Shown piece by piece: positions 9,600-18,790 of a stretch of DNA of 64,000 bases. The DNA is from Laspinema olomoucense D3c (GTDB lineage Bacteria > Cyanobacteriota > Cyanobacteriia > Cyanobacteriales > Laspinemataceae), in NCBI RefSeq assembly GCF_025370725.1, contig NZ_JAMXEZ010000006.1, one strand, 5' to 3'. The notes beneath the pieces are model-generated. The model was not told the origin of the DNA. It worked only from the letters and a program-made list of their open reading frames with translations, and did no database searches. Both the position numbers and the translations under genes were made by a program. Each line of letters starts with the position of its first letter. Position 1 is the first letter of the stretch.

Positions 9600-11087
9600 A
9601 TGCACACTTGCCTGAATTATATTGATGGTCACTGGTTGCCCCCCGCCTCTGGGGAAACGATGGAAAGTCGTAATCCCGCCCACTGGCGCGAACTGGTTGC
9701 CACCTTTGGGCGATCGGGCGATATTGATATAGAAATGGCCGTGACTGCCGCCCGCCATGCTTATCGCACTTGGCGACGAGTTCCGGCACCCGAACGGGCC
9801 GAATTTTTATACCGCTTCGGGGAATTATTGTGCGATCGCAAAGCCGAACTCGCCTATTTAATGAGCCAAGAAATGGGAAAACCCCTGACTGAAGCCAATG
9901 GAGATGTCCAAGAAGGCATTGACTGCGCCTTTTATTATGCCGGAGAAGGTCGCCGTCTGTTCGGGCAAACCACCACCTCGGAAATGGATAATAAATTTGC
10001 CATGACTGTGCGAATGCCGATCGGCGTCTGTGGTTTAATCACCCCTTGGAACTTTCCCATTGCCATTCCCTGTTGGAAAGCCATGCCTGCCTTAGTCTGC
10101 GGCAATACCATCGTCCTGAAACCGTCGGAAGATACTCCGGCGGTGACTCACTTGCTGTTTGAAGTTTTCCATGATGCCGGATTTCCCCCGGGTGTCGTTA
10201 ACCTGGTGCATGGGTTGGGAGAAGAAGCGGGAAAAGCCTTGGTAGAACATCGTGACGTCAATTTAATTTCATTAACCGGGTCCTCACAAACCGGCGCAGA
10301 AGTGGCGGCAATCTGCGCCAAACAGCACAAGCGGGTTTGTTTAGAACTGGGAGGAAAAAATGCCCAGGTGGTGATGGAAGATGCAGATTTAGAATTAGCC
10401 TTGGAAGGCGCAATCTGGGGCGCTTTTGGCACGAGTGGGCAACGGTGCACCGCTACCAGTCGCCTCCTGCTGCATCGGGATATTAAGGATAAGTTTACCA
10501 AAATGCTGCTAGATCGCACTCGGGAACTCCGTTTGGGTCCCGGAACAGACCCCCATACCGACATCGGGCCGATTGTCAATGCCACACAACTGAATACGAT
10601 TGAAGAGTATATCGATGTCGCACATCAAGAGGGAGCGAAGATTTTAATCGGTGGCAATCGCACAACTGCCGGAACCCTCACGGGAGGATTCTTTTTTGAG
10701 CCAACTATCCTGGATGAGGTAACGCCCAATATGCGGGTCGCGCGGGAAGAGATTTTTGGTCCGGTGGTGGCGTTGATAGAAATTTCTTCCTTTGAGGAGG
10801 CGATCGCCATTCTCAATGATACCTCCTACGGTTTATCTTCCTCGGTTTATACTCGCGATGTGAATCGGGCCTTTCAAGCCATACGGGATATTGAAGCCGG
10901 AATCACTTATATTAACGGTCCTACCATTGGTGCCGAGGTCCATTTACCCTTTGGAGGCGTCAAACAAACCGGCAACGGACATCGTGAGGCGGGGGCAGCG
11001 GCCCTGGATGTGTTTACGGAATGGAAAACCGTCTATGTAGACTTTTCCGGACGCTTACAGCGGGCGCAAATCGACAATCGCGGGTGA
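9600..11087 (+). CDS. NAD(P)+-dependent aldehyde dehydrogenase
   Basis: 495 aa with the ALDH catalytic Glu motif (LELGGKNA) and catalytic Cys motif ([13 protein letters not shown]), plus GxGxxG-like cofactor loops. Confidence 0.9.
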   Translation: MHTCLNYIDGHWLPPASGETMESRNPAHWRELVATFGRSGDIDIEMAVTAARHAYRTWRRVPAPERAEFLYRFGELLCDRKAELAYLMSQEMGKPLTEANGDVQEGIDCAFYYAGEGRRLFGQTTTSEMDNKFAMTVRMPIGVCGLITPWNFPIAIPCWKAMPALVCGNTIVLKPSEDTPAVTHLLFEVFHDAGFPPGVVNLVHGLGEEAGKALVEHRDVNLISLTGSSQTGAEVAAICAKQHKRVCLELGGKNAQVVMEDADLELALEGAIWGAFGTSGQRCTATSRLLLHRDIKDKFTKMLLDRTRELRLGPGTDPHTDIGPIVNATQLNTIEEYIDVAHQEGAKILIGGNRTTAGTLTGGFFFEPTILDEVTPNMRVAREEIFGPVVALIEISSFEEAIAILNDTSYGLSSSVYTRDVNRAFQAIRDIEAGITYINGPTIGAEVHLPFGGVKQTGNGHREAGAAALDVFTEWKTVYVDFSGRLQRAQIDNRG

Positions 11088-11243
11088 TTGGATGGGAGAT
11101 AACTCCCGGATGAGTCGGGGAGGAGAATCAAATCAGAACAATTCTGTCCCGGACCGATTTGGCCTACAAATGGGCTATGATGACTTCTGGGCTAAGTGCC
11201 TTTTGAATCATTCGTTTTTGAACTCAAAACCGTAGGAGTAACG

Positions 11244-11825
11244 ATGTCTAATCCCCCCAAAATTCTCGCTTTTGCCGGAAGTGCTCGCGAAGCGTCATTT
11301 AATAAAAAACTCGTGCAAATTGCGGCCAATGGCGCGAGAAAAGCCGGTGCAGAGGTCACTTATATTGACCTGCGAGATTTTCCCATGCCTCTGTTTGACC
11401 AAGACTTAGAAGCAGCGGAGGGAATGCCACCCTATGCGCAGGAGTTGAAATCTCTATTCTTTACTCACCAAGGCTTGTTGATTGCTTCTCCGGAGTATAA
11501 TAGCACCATTAGTCCCCTGCTCAAAAATGCGATCGACTGGGTATCTCGTCCCGCGCCGGGGGAACCCATGCTGGCAGCTTTTTCAGGCAAACTCGTGGGA
11601 ATTATGAGTACCTCTCCGGGTGGTTTGGGGGGATTACGGGGTTTAGCTCAACTGCGCGAAATCCTGGCGAATATTAGTATGGTTGTGGTACCCCATCAAA
11701 TAGCCATTCCTCAAGCATTTGAAGCCTTTACGGAATCGGGAACATTAAACGACCCCCAAAAGCAAGAAGCGGTGGAAAATATCGGTGCAACAGTAGCACA
11801 AATGTTAACCAAATTAAACGCTTAA
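11244..11825 (+). CDS. NADPH-dependent FMN reductase family flavoprotein (ChrR/SsuE-like)
   Basis: Flavodoxin-like fold with motifs KILAFAGSAREASFNKKL and LIASPEYNSTISPLLKNAIDW. AGGAG 6 nt upstream of the ATG at 11244, so the longer ORF-track start at 11196 is unlikely. Confidence 0.75.
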   Translation: MSNPPKILAFAGSAREASFNKKLVQIAANGARKAGAEVTYIDLRDFPMPLFDQDLEAAEGMPPYAQELKSLFFTHQGLLIASPEYNSTISPLLKNAIDWVSRPAPGEPMLAAFSGKLVGIMSTSPGGLGGLRGLAQLREILANISMVVVPHQIAIPQAFEAFTESGTLNDPQKQEAVENIGATVAQMLTKLNA

Positions 11826-11845
11826 GTTGATAAAAACCCGCGTAT

Positions 11846-11883
11846 CAAAACCGGATTCATCTCTCCGATTGAATCCGGTTTTG
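11846..11883. terminator. Bidirectional intrinsic terminator between convergent genes
   Basis: 14-bp perfect stem CAAAACCGGATTCA / TGAATCCGGTTTTG with a 10-nt loop. A T-run follows on the plus strand (within the stem end) and GGGTTTTTA follows on the minus strand. It sits between the stops at 11825 (+) and 11900 (-). Confidence 0.6.
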
Positions 11884-11899
11884 ATACCTGGATTGGGGA

Positions 11900-14245
11900 T
11901 TAAAGTTCAATAATTTTTCTAATTAAGCGTAATAAATCGCGGGTTTTATAGGGTTTGGATAAATAGCTTGGGGAACTATTTTCTCCCGATTCTGAGAAGG
12001 GAAGATTGCTGACGAGTCCGCTCACGGCTATAATTTTAACCGAGGGATTAATTTTTTGGAGGGCTTTTAAAGTGAGTGCTCCATCCATTAATGGCATCAT
12101 CATATCCAGAATTACCACAGCAATTTCTGAGGACCGTTGACTGTAGAGAGAAATGGCCTCCATACCATCAGCGGCAGTTAAAACTTTATAGCCAAATTTT
12201 TGCAGGAGAGCTTGGGCAATTTCGCAGATGGCAACTTCATCATCTACGACTAAAATTAACTCACCTGCTCCAAAAGGGAGTTCGGTGGGTTCTGAAATGA
12301 GAGCTTGAGTTCCCTGAATTGCAGGCAAATACACGGTAAAGGCGGTGCCTTTACCCACTTGGCTAGAAACCAATAAAAACCCGCCATGATTTTTAACGAT
12401 GCCTCGAACTGTCGGCAATCCTAATCCTGTGCCTTTTCCTAATCCTTTGGTGGTAAAAAAAGGTTCAAATAATCGCTCTAAAATTTCTGGAGAGATGCCG
12501 GTTCCGGTATCTCTAACCGTGAGTTTAATATAAGAGCCAACTTTAGCCTCGGGGTCTAGGATTAAGTCGGATTTGGTGAGGATGATATTTTGCGCTTCAA
12601 TGGATAAAATGCCGCCGTTTGGCATGGCATCGCGAGCATTGACGGACAAATTCATCAGGATTTGATGGAGATGAGTTGGGTCCCCAGAAATTAACCAGAG
12701 TTTGGGGTCGATCGCCGTGGAAATTTCAATGGATTTGGGAAAAGTTTCGCGGGCGATCGCCGTAATTTCATCAATTAGGTGTTTGAGTTGGAGCAGGGCG
12801 CGATCGCCATCTAACCCTTTAGCAAATGAAAGCACTTGTTTGAGGAGGTCCGCGCCGCGCAAGGTATTAATTTCCAGCATAGAAATTAAGCGCATTTGCT
12901 GGGCGTTTAACGGGAACATTTGGAGCAGTTGCACCGCCCCCAAAATAGGGGTGAGAATGTTGTTTAAATCATGGGCAATGCCACTGGCTAAGGTGCCGAT
13001 ACTTTCCAGGCGTTGGGCGCGCAAAAACTGGGCTTCTAGCTGTTTTTTCTCGGTAATATCCGTATTCACCGCGAGGATGGAATAGGGGCGATCGCGCTCG
13101 TCCCGCACCAGGGTCTGGCGACTGGCAACAATGATAGATCTACCTGCTTTGGTGACTTGTTCTAACTCTCCGTGCCATTCGCCAGTGGTGAGGACCGTTT
13201 GCTCAGCGCTTTTGAGTTCTTCAGCGCTTTTAACATCAAAAAGGTGACTGCTGGTTTGGGCGATCGCTTCCTGGCGGGTCCATCCGTATAATTTTTCTGC
13301 CCCTTTATTCCAAAATAGAATATTTTGCTCAAGGTCTTTGACCCAAATTGCATCGGTGGCAACGTCCAGGAGAGCTGCCTGCTGGCGCACCTGTTCTTCG
13401 GCGCGTTTACGCTCAGTGATATCATATAACGCCCCAACAATTTCTTCACCCTGCTTCTCTCCCTTGCAAATCAGCTTCATTTCATCCCGCACCCATCGAT
13501 AGCTGCCGTCGGGATACTGGAACCGATACTCACTCAGGGAATAACCCGTCTGGTACAACTGTTTGAGGCTGGAGAATAGCTCCGGTGTATCATCCGGATG
13601 AATGCGATCGCGCCAAAACGAAGAGTCCCCTAAAATTTCTTCCGGTCGATATCCCAAATGTTCGAGAATATTCTCACTCACAAAGGTGGGACAATAGGGG
13701 TGATCAGGGGGGCAGGTATAAATCACCGCTGGACTAGAGGACAACAAGTATTGAAGCTGGGTTTGGGTAGCCATCAGCGCTGATTCAGTCCGTTTTAATT
13801 CTTTAATTTGATGTTGGAGTTCTGACTCCCGCAGGACCCGTTCTGTGACATCTTCAATGGTGGCGATCGTGCCAATCACCTGGGATGCTTCTACAATGGG
13901 AGCAATTTTCGCACTTTGTAGCATATAAGGCACTCCCTTATAAACATCCCCCGGGAGCATCGGTAACAAAAACCCATGTAAGCGCTGAGAGAGGAGGGCG
14001 ACTTGTCCCGCTAGAGCTTGGTAAAAAAATCGATCTAATCGCCGGTGCTTTAATTCCGGATAAATTTCGAGTAAATTTCTACCCACCACCCGATTCACAT
14101 TCAACCCACTATAAAGTTCCAGCCAATGATTCCAACTTTGGATATTCAACTCTGCATCGGTCGTAAATATCCCTCGGTCTGCTAAGTCATTGACCCAATG
14201 AAGGAGATCCTGATCAGAAGTGGGAGGGTCGGTGAAACTGCTCAT
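11900..14245 (-). CDS. PAS-domain sensor hybrid histidine kinase (PAS x2-3, HisKA, HATPase_c, C-terminal REC)
   Basis: 781 aa. PAS signatures, HisKA H-box (GIAHDLNNILTPILG), N/G1/G2 boxes (NLSVNARDAM, DTGTGI, GTGLGL) and a C-terminal receiver (LVVDDEVAICE...ILDMMMP). Confidence 0.85.
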   Translation of the reverse strand: MSSFTDPPTSDQDLLHWVNDLADRGIFTTDAELNIQSWNHWLELYSGLNVNRVVGRNLLEIYPELKHRRLDRFFYQALAGQVALLSQRLHGFLLPMLPGDVYKGVPYMLQSAKIAPIVEASQVIGTIATIEDVTERVLRESELQHQIKELKRTESALMATQTQLQYLLSSSPAVIYTCPPDHPYCPTFVSENILEHLGYRPEEILGDSSFWRDRIHPDDTPELFSSLKQLYQTGYSLSEYRFQYPDGSYRWVRDEMKLICKGEKQGEEIVGALYDITERKRAEEQVRQQAALLDVATDAIWVKDLEQNILFWNKGAEKLYGWTRQEAIAQTSSHLFDVKSAEELKSAEQTVLTTGEWHGELEQVTKAGRSIIVASRQTLVRDERDRPYSILAVNTDITEKKQLEAQFLRAQRLESIGTLASGIAHDLNNILTPILGAVQLLQMFPLNAQQMRLISMLEINTLRGADLLKQVLSFAKGLDGDRALLQLKHLIDEITAIARETFPKSIEISTAIDPKLWLISGDPTHLHQILMNLSVNARDAMPNGGILSIEAQNIILTKSDLILDPEAKVGSYIKLTVRDTGTGISPEILERLFEPFFTTKGLGKGTGLGLPTVRGIVKNHGGFLLVSSQVGKGTAFTVYLPAIQGTQALISEPTELPFGAGELILVVDDEVAICEIAQALLQKFGYKVLTAADGMEAISLYSQRSSEIAVVILDMMMPLMDGALTLKALQKINPSVKIIAVSGLVSNLPFSESGENSSPSYLSKPYKTRDLLRLIRKIIEL

Positions 14246-14282
14246 TTTACTAAGCCCTTGTTGACAGCTAACTATTACTCCA

Positions 14283-14927
14283 TTATGAAGAAAAAGAAAC
14301 GTTATGGGGTTCTATTTCCGCCTTGGCCCAGGTATCAATTTCTTCAAGTAATTTTTCTAAAGAAACCACACTCAATACCATCACTAAATACCCCTGAATT
14401 GAATTTTCCTTCATCCGAAACCCGGTATAAACCACCATTGCATAACGCATTTCCGCCTTACCAATGCTCAGAGAATGCAGTAACCCATCTAAGGCTTCTA
14501 AATGTAAACGAGGAACGGAAAAGGAGATTTGCATTTGTAACAAATTCCCGAAAACGCTCAGACAGGCGTTGAGTAAAATATTGCCAATTTCCGTCAGCAC
14601 TTCTGCCGCCGAGGCATCGAGGCGATCGCGATGGAGAGCCTGTTCAGGAGTCACTAACTCCGTCAGTTGCACCGCGCCGTCATAATTCAACAATAACAGG
14701 GCATTTCCCGAAACCCGTCCAGTAAAAATTTGCTGGACCGTGGCAATTTCCCCTTTAATAAACGTACCCAGTTTAGCGCTGAGTTCTTCAATGGGGTGAA
14801 GGGAAACCTGGGGAACCTCTAGTAAAACCCGATGACCTGTCAGTTCCGAGAGAGCCGCAGCCGTACGCGCGAAACCCATATTCAGCAGTTCGCTTAAGGC
14901 ATCCTGTTGGGCTTCTGTCAGCTTCAT
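14283..14927 (-). CDS. CheC-like CheY-P phosphatase (CheC/CheX/FliY family)
   Basis: 214 aa with both halves of the duplicated CheC signature D/S-x3-E-x2-N-x22-P: DALSELLN(x22)P and SAAEVLTEIGN(x22)P. Its start overlaps the stop of the upstream CheY-like gene (ATGA at 14924-14927). Confidence 0.65.
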   Translation of the reverse strand: MKLTEAQQDALSELLNMGFARTAAALSELTGHRVLLEVPQVSLHPIEELSAKLGTFIKGEIATVQQIFTGRVSGNALLLLNYDGAVQLTELVTPEQALHRDRLDASAAEVLTEIGNILLNACLSVFGNLLQMQISFSVPRLHLEALDGLLHSLSIGKAEMRYAMVVYTGFRMKENSIQGYLVMVLSVVSLEKLLEEIDTWAKAEIEPHNVSFSS

Positions 14928-15301
14928 CCTACCCCTCCCGGGATTCCTTTGAGGACCTGATTTACAGTATCCAGAACCGCCTCGGGATTATAGGGTTTAG
15001 TCAGATAACCCATTGCTCCGGCTGCCATCACAGAAGTCCGGGTCAGTTCTTGCAGGTCAGCAGTCGCCATGACGATGCGGGCGCGATCGTCGAAGGCGCG
15101 TAATTTTTCGAGCACTTCGGTTCCCTGCATATCTGGCATGGCTATATCCAGTAAAACAAGATCGGGTTTCTCTATATAGTAACTCTCAATGCCCATCAAT
15201 CCATCTTTGGCCTCAATAATCAAGTGGCCTTCAGTCTGGAGGATGCGTCGCAAGATTCCCCGGGAAAGGGTAGAGTCATCAACAATCAAAATTTTTGCCA
15301 T
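14924..15301 (-). CDS. Single-domain CheY-like response regulator. Start taken at the internal Met MAKILIVDD; the ORF-track start is 15334.
   Basis: Receiver motifs: ILIVDD (acidic pocket), LVLLDIAMPDM (phospho-Asp), T at 'MATAD' and K at 'YLTKP'. There is no output domain. Confidence 0.8.
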   Translation of the reverse strand: MAKILIVDDSTLSRGILRRILQTEGHLIIEAKDGLMGIESYYIEKPDLVLLDIAMPDMQGTEVLEKLRAFDDRARIVMATADLQELTRTSVMAAGAMGYLTKPYNPEAVLDTVNQVLKGIPGGVG

Positions 15302-15460
15302 TGCCTTGCGTCCTGGTATCGGATTGGCAGTCAAGCTCTAACCCTGGATTGAGGGAACTCACTTTAGAGTGGGTCCGCTTCATTTCCGCCCCAATTTGTT
15401 CATGCCCTGATCTTAACTCTGAATGGGAAGGGTGGATAGCGGTATCTTCAAAGTTCTCTT

Positions 15461-18400
15461 TCACAGGGTCGAGGCTAATTGAGCGAGGACTTTAGCTAAT
15501 TGGGCCGGTTCTACAGGTTTAGAGAGGTGTTTTTGAAAGCCTGCCAGGAGGGATTGAGCACGGTCCTCCTCTGAGGCAAAGGCAGTCAGAGCGATCGCCG
15601 GAATATGACTGTTGCTGTCACCTTCATGCTGCCGGATTTGGTGAATTAAGTGATATCCGTCTTCTCCAGGCATTCCAATATCGCTGACTAAAACATCAAA
15701 TTTGAATTGGTCCATCAGGGCGATCGCCTGGGAAACCGAAGTCACCACCCGAACCCGCACCCCATAATCTGTCAGCATCGCTTCCATTAAGTCTCCTGTA
15801 TCCGGGTCGTCATCCACCACCAACACCTGTAACCCATCCAGGGCCCACAGTTCACTCGATACACCGTCTTCCCGGGAAAAGGAAGTCTCATCGCCCTCGT
15901 CTTGTGGCGGTTTTGGCAGAATGGGTAACTGGACAATCAAGGTGGCTCCTTGGCCTTCGCCCTCACTCAAAGCCTCGACCTGGCCCCCGTGGAGTTCCAC
16001 TAGATGACGGACGATGGTCAATCCCAAGCCTAATCCACCATAGGCGCGAGTTGTAGAACTATCCGCTTGGCGGAATCCGTCAAAAATATGGGGGAGAAAG
16101 TCTGGATTGATGCCAATTCCCGTATCCTGAACCTGGAGGGTAATAAAGGAATCCGTCTGGGCGATCGCCACGGAAACTGAGCCTCCGCTAGGAGTAAACT
16201 TGACCGCATTAGACAATAAATTCCAAGCCACTTGCTGCAAGCGATCGCTATCTCCCGAAACCAAGGCGATCGCCGGGTCAAAGTTGAAATCAATATGAAT
16301 TCCCTTAGCTTCAGCCGTGGGAAGCATCGTATCCAGGGCAGCTTCCACAAGAGGAATTAAATTAACGGGACGCAGTTGTAAGCGAATTTTACCGCGAATG
16401 ATCCGGGAAACATCCAGGATATCCTCGATCAGATTAACCTGTTGTTTGGCATTGCGCTCGATGGTTTCTAATGCTTTTATCTTCGTGGTTTCATTGAGCT
16501 GGCGAGTGCGAAGCAACTGGGTCCAGCCCAGAATCGAATTGAGGGGCGTGCGAAGTTCATGGGAAACAATCGATAAAAACTCATCCTTGATTTGATTGGC
16601 TTTAACTAATTCTTCCGACTGTTGCTGCTGGAGGATGAGCGCTGCTTCCAGTTCGCGCTTATGGAAAGCCAGTTCCGAGGCGAGGACTTCTACATCAGAG
16701 CTTTGAGAGGTTAACTCCTGCTGTAACAAATCCCGCACCCGTTTAATGGAGATCGCATTCCCCACCCGCGCCCGCAGTTCTTCCACAGAAAAGGGTTTCA
16801 TCAGATAATCTTGCACCCCTTCGCGCAATAACTGTACCCGCAAATCATCATCATCTTTCGCCGTCAACATGATAATTGAAACATTGGCGAAATCGGGATT
16901 GCTGCGTAATAAAGACACCAGGCGATCACCCCCTATTTCTGGCATCATCACATCACTGATGATTAAATCTGGATTGAGGGTGAGTGCCTGTTCCAATCCT
17001 TGCTCCCCATTGAACGCTGTAGCAATTTGATAGTCCCGTCCCAAGATATCGCAGACAAAGCGATTCATTTCCGGGTTGTCTTCGACAATTAAAACCAGGG
17101 GTCGAGGGTCATTCGGGACCAGAATCCGGGGAGATGTCTCCACTTCTAGCTTCAGTTCCGCGATCGCCGCTTCTGCCAGATCATCCCACAGGGAAGATTC
17201 TGAAGCCGTCTTGGGGATATCTGGAAAAACCTCCATCGGAAGCTGGACGGTAAACATCGCCCCCCCTAGAGGTGCATCCGCAACCGTAATAGTTCCCTGA
17301 TGAAGTTCTACAAATTCCTTGACAATCGCCAACCCCAACCCAGTCCCGCCAAAGCGACGGGTGCTCCCTCCTTCAATTTGGCTAAACCGCTCAAAGATGG
17401 TTTCCCGCCGTTCCTGGGGGACCCCTGGACCACTATCTTGGATGGCGATCGTCACCGGCTTATTCTCCCCCTCGGCTAGAGAGAGAGAACAGTCAATTTT
17501 GCCACCCAGGGGTGTGAACTTAAACGCATTGGAGAGTAAGTTTAAAACCACCCGCTCGATTTTTTGGCGGTCCAATTGGGTCCCCAAGGACTCCGGAGTC
17601 TGGACGGTTAAGTTAATCTCCCGTTCAAAGGCTAATGCATCAAAGTTCGCCGCTACTTGGCGGATCAAACTGGCTAAGTCCAGAGGAACTGCTGCGAGTT
17701 CCATTTTGCCAGCTTCTAGCTTAGAGATATCCAGGAGATCATTAACCTGTTTGAGCAGCATTCGGGCATTGCGTTCGATTACGAGCAAGTCCCGGCGTTG
17801 TTCGTCCAAAAGTTGGCGATCGCCGATCAACTTCTGAGTCGGACCTAAAATCAACGCCAGGGGGGTCCGCAATTCGTGACTGACATTGGCGAAAAATTGG
17901 CTTTTGAGTTCATCCAGTTGCTTAAGTTGACGATAGAGCGCTTGCAGTTCTTGGTTTGCCCGTTCCAGATTCAAGCGGCGTTCTTCAGACATCTGAGCCG
18001 AGTCCAATAATTTTAACGCTCTGGGGATTAACGGGGGTAAAGAAATTGCTGTGGTAACTGAGGCGAGGGCAGTGAGCAATTTGACATTTCCTGATAACCA
18101 GTAGGTGGGATTCCACAAGGTCCATACCGCTAGAAAATGGGTCATGCTACAAGCGATGATAAAGGCACCGAAGGCCAAAAACATCCAATGAAAGGGGATA
18201 TTGCGCCGCGCTTTATAAACGAAATAAGCAAGGCTGGTAGATATGGCAACATAGGATATCCCAATCAGGCTATCTGAGGTAATATGAAGCCAGACTAAGG
18301 AGGGCTTCCACAGATAACAATGGCCGTGGGGGATAAAACCCTCCTTGGCGAAGAGATTCCTCAGCAGGTCGGGCCATAGGAGGAGAGTTAAGAGGGCCAG

Positions 18401-18532
18401 GAAGCTTAATATTATACCCCTCCCTAATAAGATTTTTTGGGGCTGGCTACTGTGGGTTTGGGGGGATTTTGTTAATCCTTGTCCCTCAGCCTCTGGATGG
18501 AAAGTTGCCAGATTAAAATTAGATTGTTTCAT
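15461..18532 (-). CDS. Hybrid sensor histidine kinase with an N-terminal ethylene-binding domain (ETR1-like, 3 TM). Architecture is EBD, HisKA-HATPase, REC, HisKA-HATPase, REC.
   Basis: Residues about 85-175 align position-by-position with the Arabidopsis ETR1 ethylene-binding domain (SD..I.I.Y...I....YFV.K....P..W....FGAFI..C...TH....W...). The copper-ligand Cys and His (ETR1 C65/H69) are conserved as C-x3-H in IIACSMTHFLAVWT. Two complete kinase cores follow (HELRTP H-boxes and G-boxes) and two receivers (LVLIVEDN..., VLVVDDDPDT...). Confidence 0.8.
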   Translation of the reverse strand: MKQSNFNLATFHPEAEGQGLTKSPQTHSSQPQKILLGRGIILSFLALLTLLLWPDLLRNLFAKEGFIPHGHCYLWKPSLVWLHITSDSLIGISYVAISTSLAYFVYKARRNIPFHWMFLAFGAFIIACSMTHFLAVWTLWNPTYWLSGNVKLLTALASVTTAISLPPLIPRALKLLDSAQMSEERRLNLERANQELQALYRQLKQLDELKSQFFANVSHELRTPLALILGPTQKLIGDRQLLDEQRRDLLVIERNARMLLKQVNDLLDISKLEAGKMELAAVPLDLASLIRQVAANFDALAFEREINLTVQTPESLGTQLDRQKIERVVLNLLSNAFKFTPLGGKIDCSLSLAEGENKPVTIAIQDSGPGVPQERRETIFERFSQIEGGSTRRFGGTGLGLAIVKEFVELHQGTITVADAPLGGAMFTVQLPMEVFPDIPKTASESSLWDDLAEAAIAELKLEVETSPRILVPNDPRPLVLIVEDNPEMNRFVCDILGRDYQIATAFNGEQGLEQALTLNPDLIISDVMMPEIGGDRLVSLLRSNPDFANVSIIMLTAKDDDDLRVQLLREGVQDYLMKPFSVEELRARVGNAISIKRVRDLLQQELTSQSSDVEVLASELAFHKRELEAALILQQQQSEELVKANQIKDEFLSIVSHELRTPLNSILGWTQLLRTRQLNETTKIKALETIERNAKQQVNLIEDILDVSRIIRGKIRLQLRPVNLIPLVEAALDTMLPTAEAKGIHIDFNFDPAIALVSGDSDRLQQVAWNLLSNAVKFTPSGGSVSVAIAQTDSFITLQVQDTGIGINPDFLPHIFDGFRQADSSTTRAYGGLGLGLTIVRHLVELHGGQVEALSEGEGQGATLIVQLPILPKPPQDEGDETSFSREDGVSSELWALDGLQVLVVDDDPDTGDLMEAMLTDYGVRVRVVTSVSQAIALMDQFKFDVLVSDIGMPGEDGYHLIHQIRQHEGDSNSHIPAIALTAFASEEDRAQSLLAGFQKHLSKPVEPAQLAKVLAQLASTL

Positions 18533-18790
18533 AAGGGGTTAATTCATGAACATCAGGAATTTTTTTCCGAAGCGTGTTCGGAATTGAGAAGGGTTAAATT
18601 TATGGAGTCTGATCTCCCATAAATTATCTTCCACACTCAAACCGTAGGGATCGGTTTTAATTCTGAGTAAATTGGGAGAGGCTAATTTTAAGAAAATAGG
18701 GGTCCGGCAAACCGTGCTTCCCTCAGTTCAATTCTAGCCTTGAAACATTCAGAACTTCTCAGGATCAAGCGTAAATCTGAAATTCGGGGA

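Noticed and set aside
16030-17837. Several 90-170-aa ORFs on both strands inside the EBD kinase gene
   Set aside because: They are embedded in a continuous 1023-aa kinase ORF with intact domains, and are antisense or alternate-frame artefacts.
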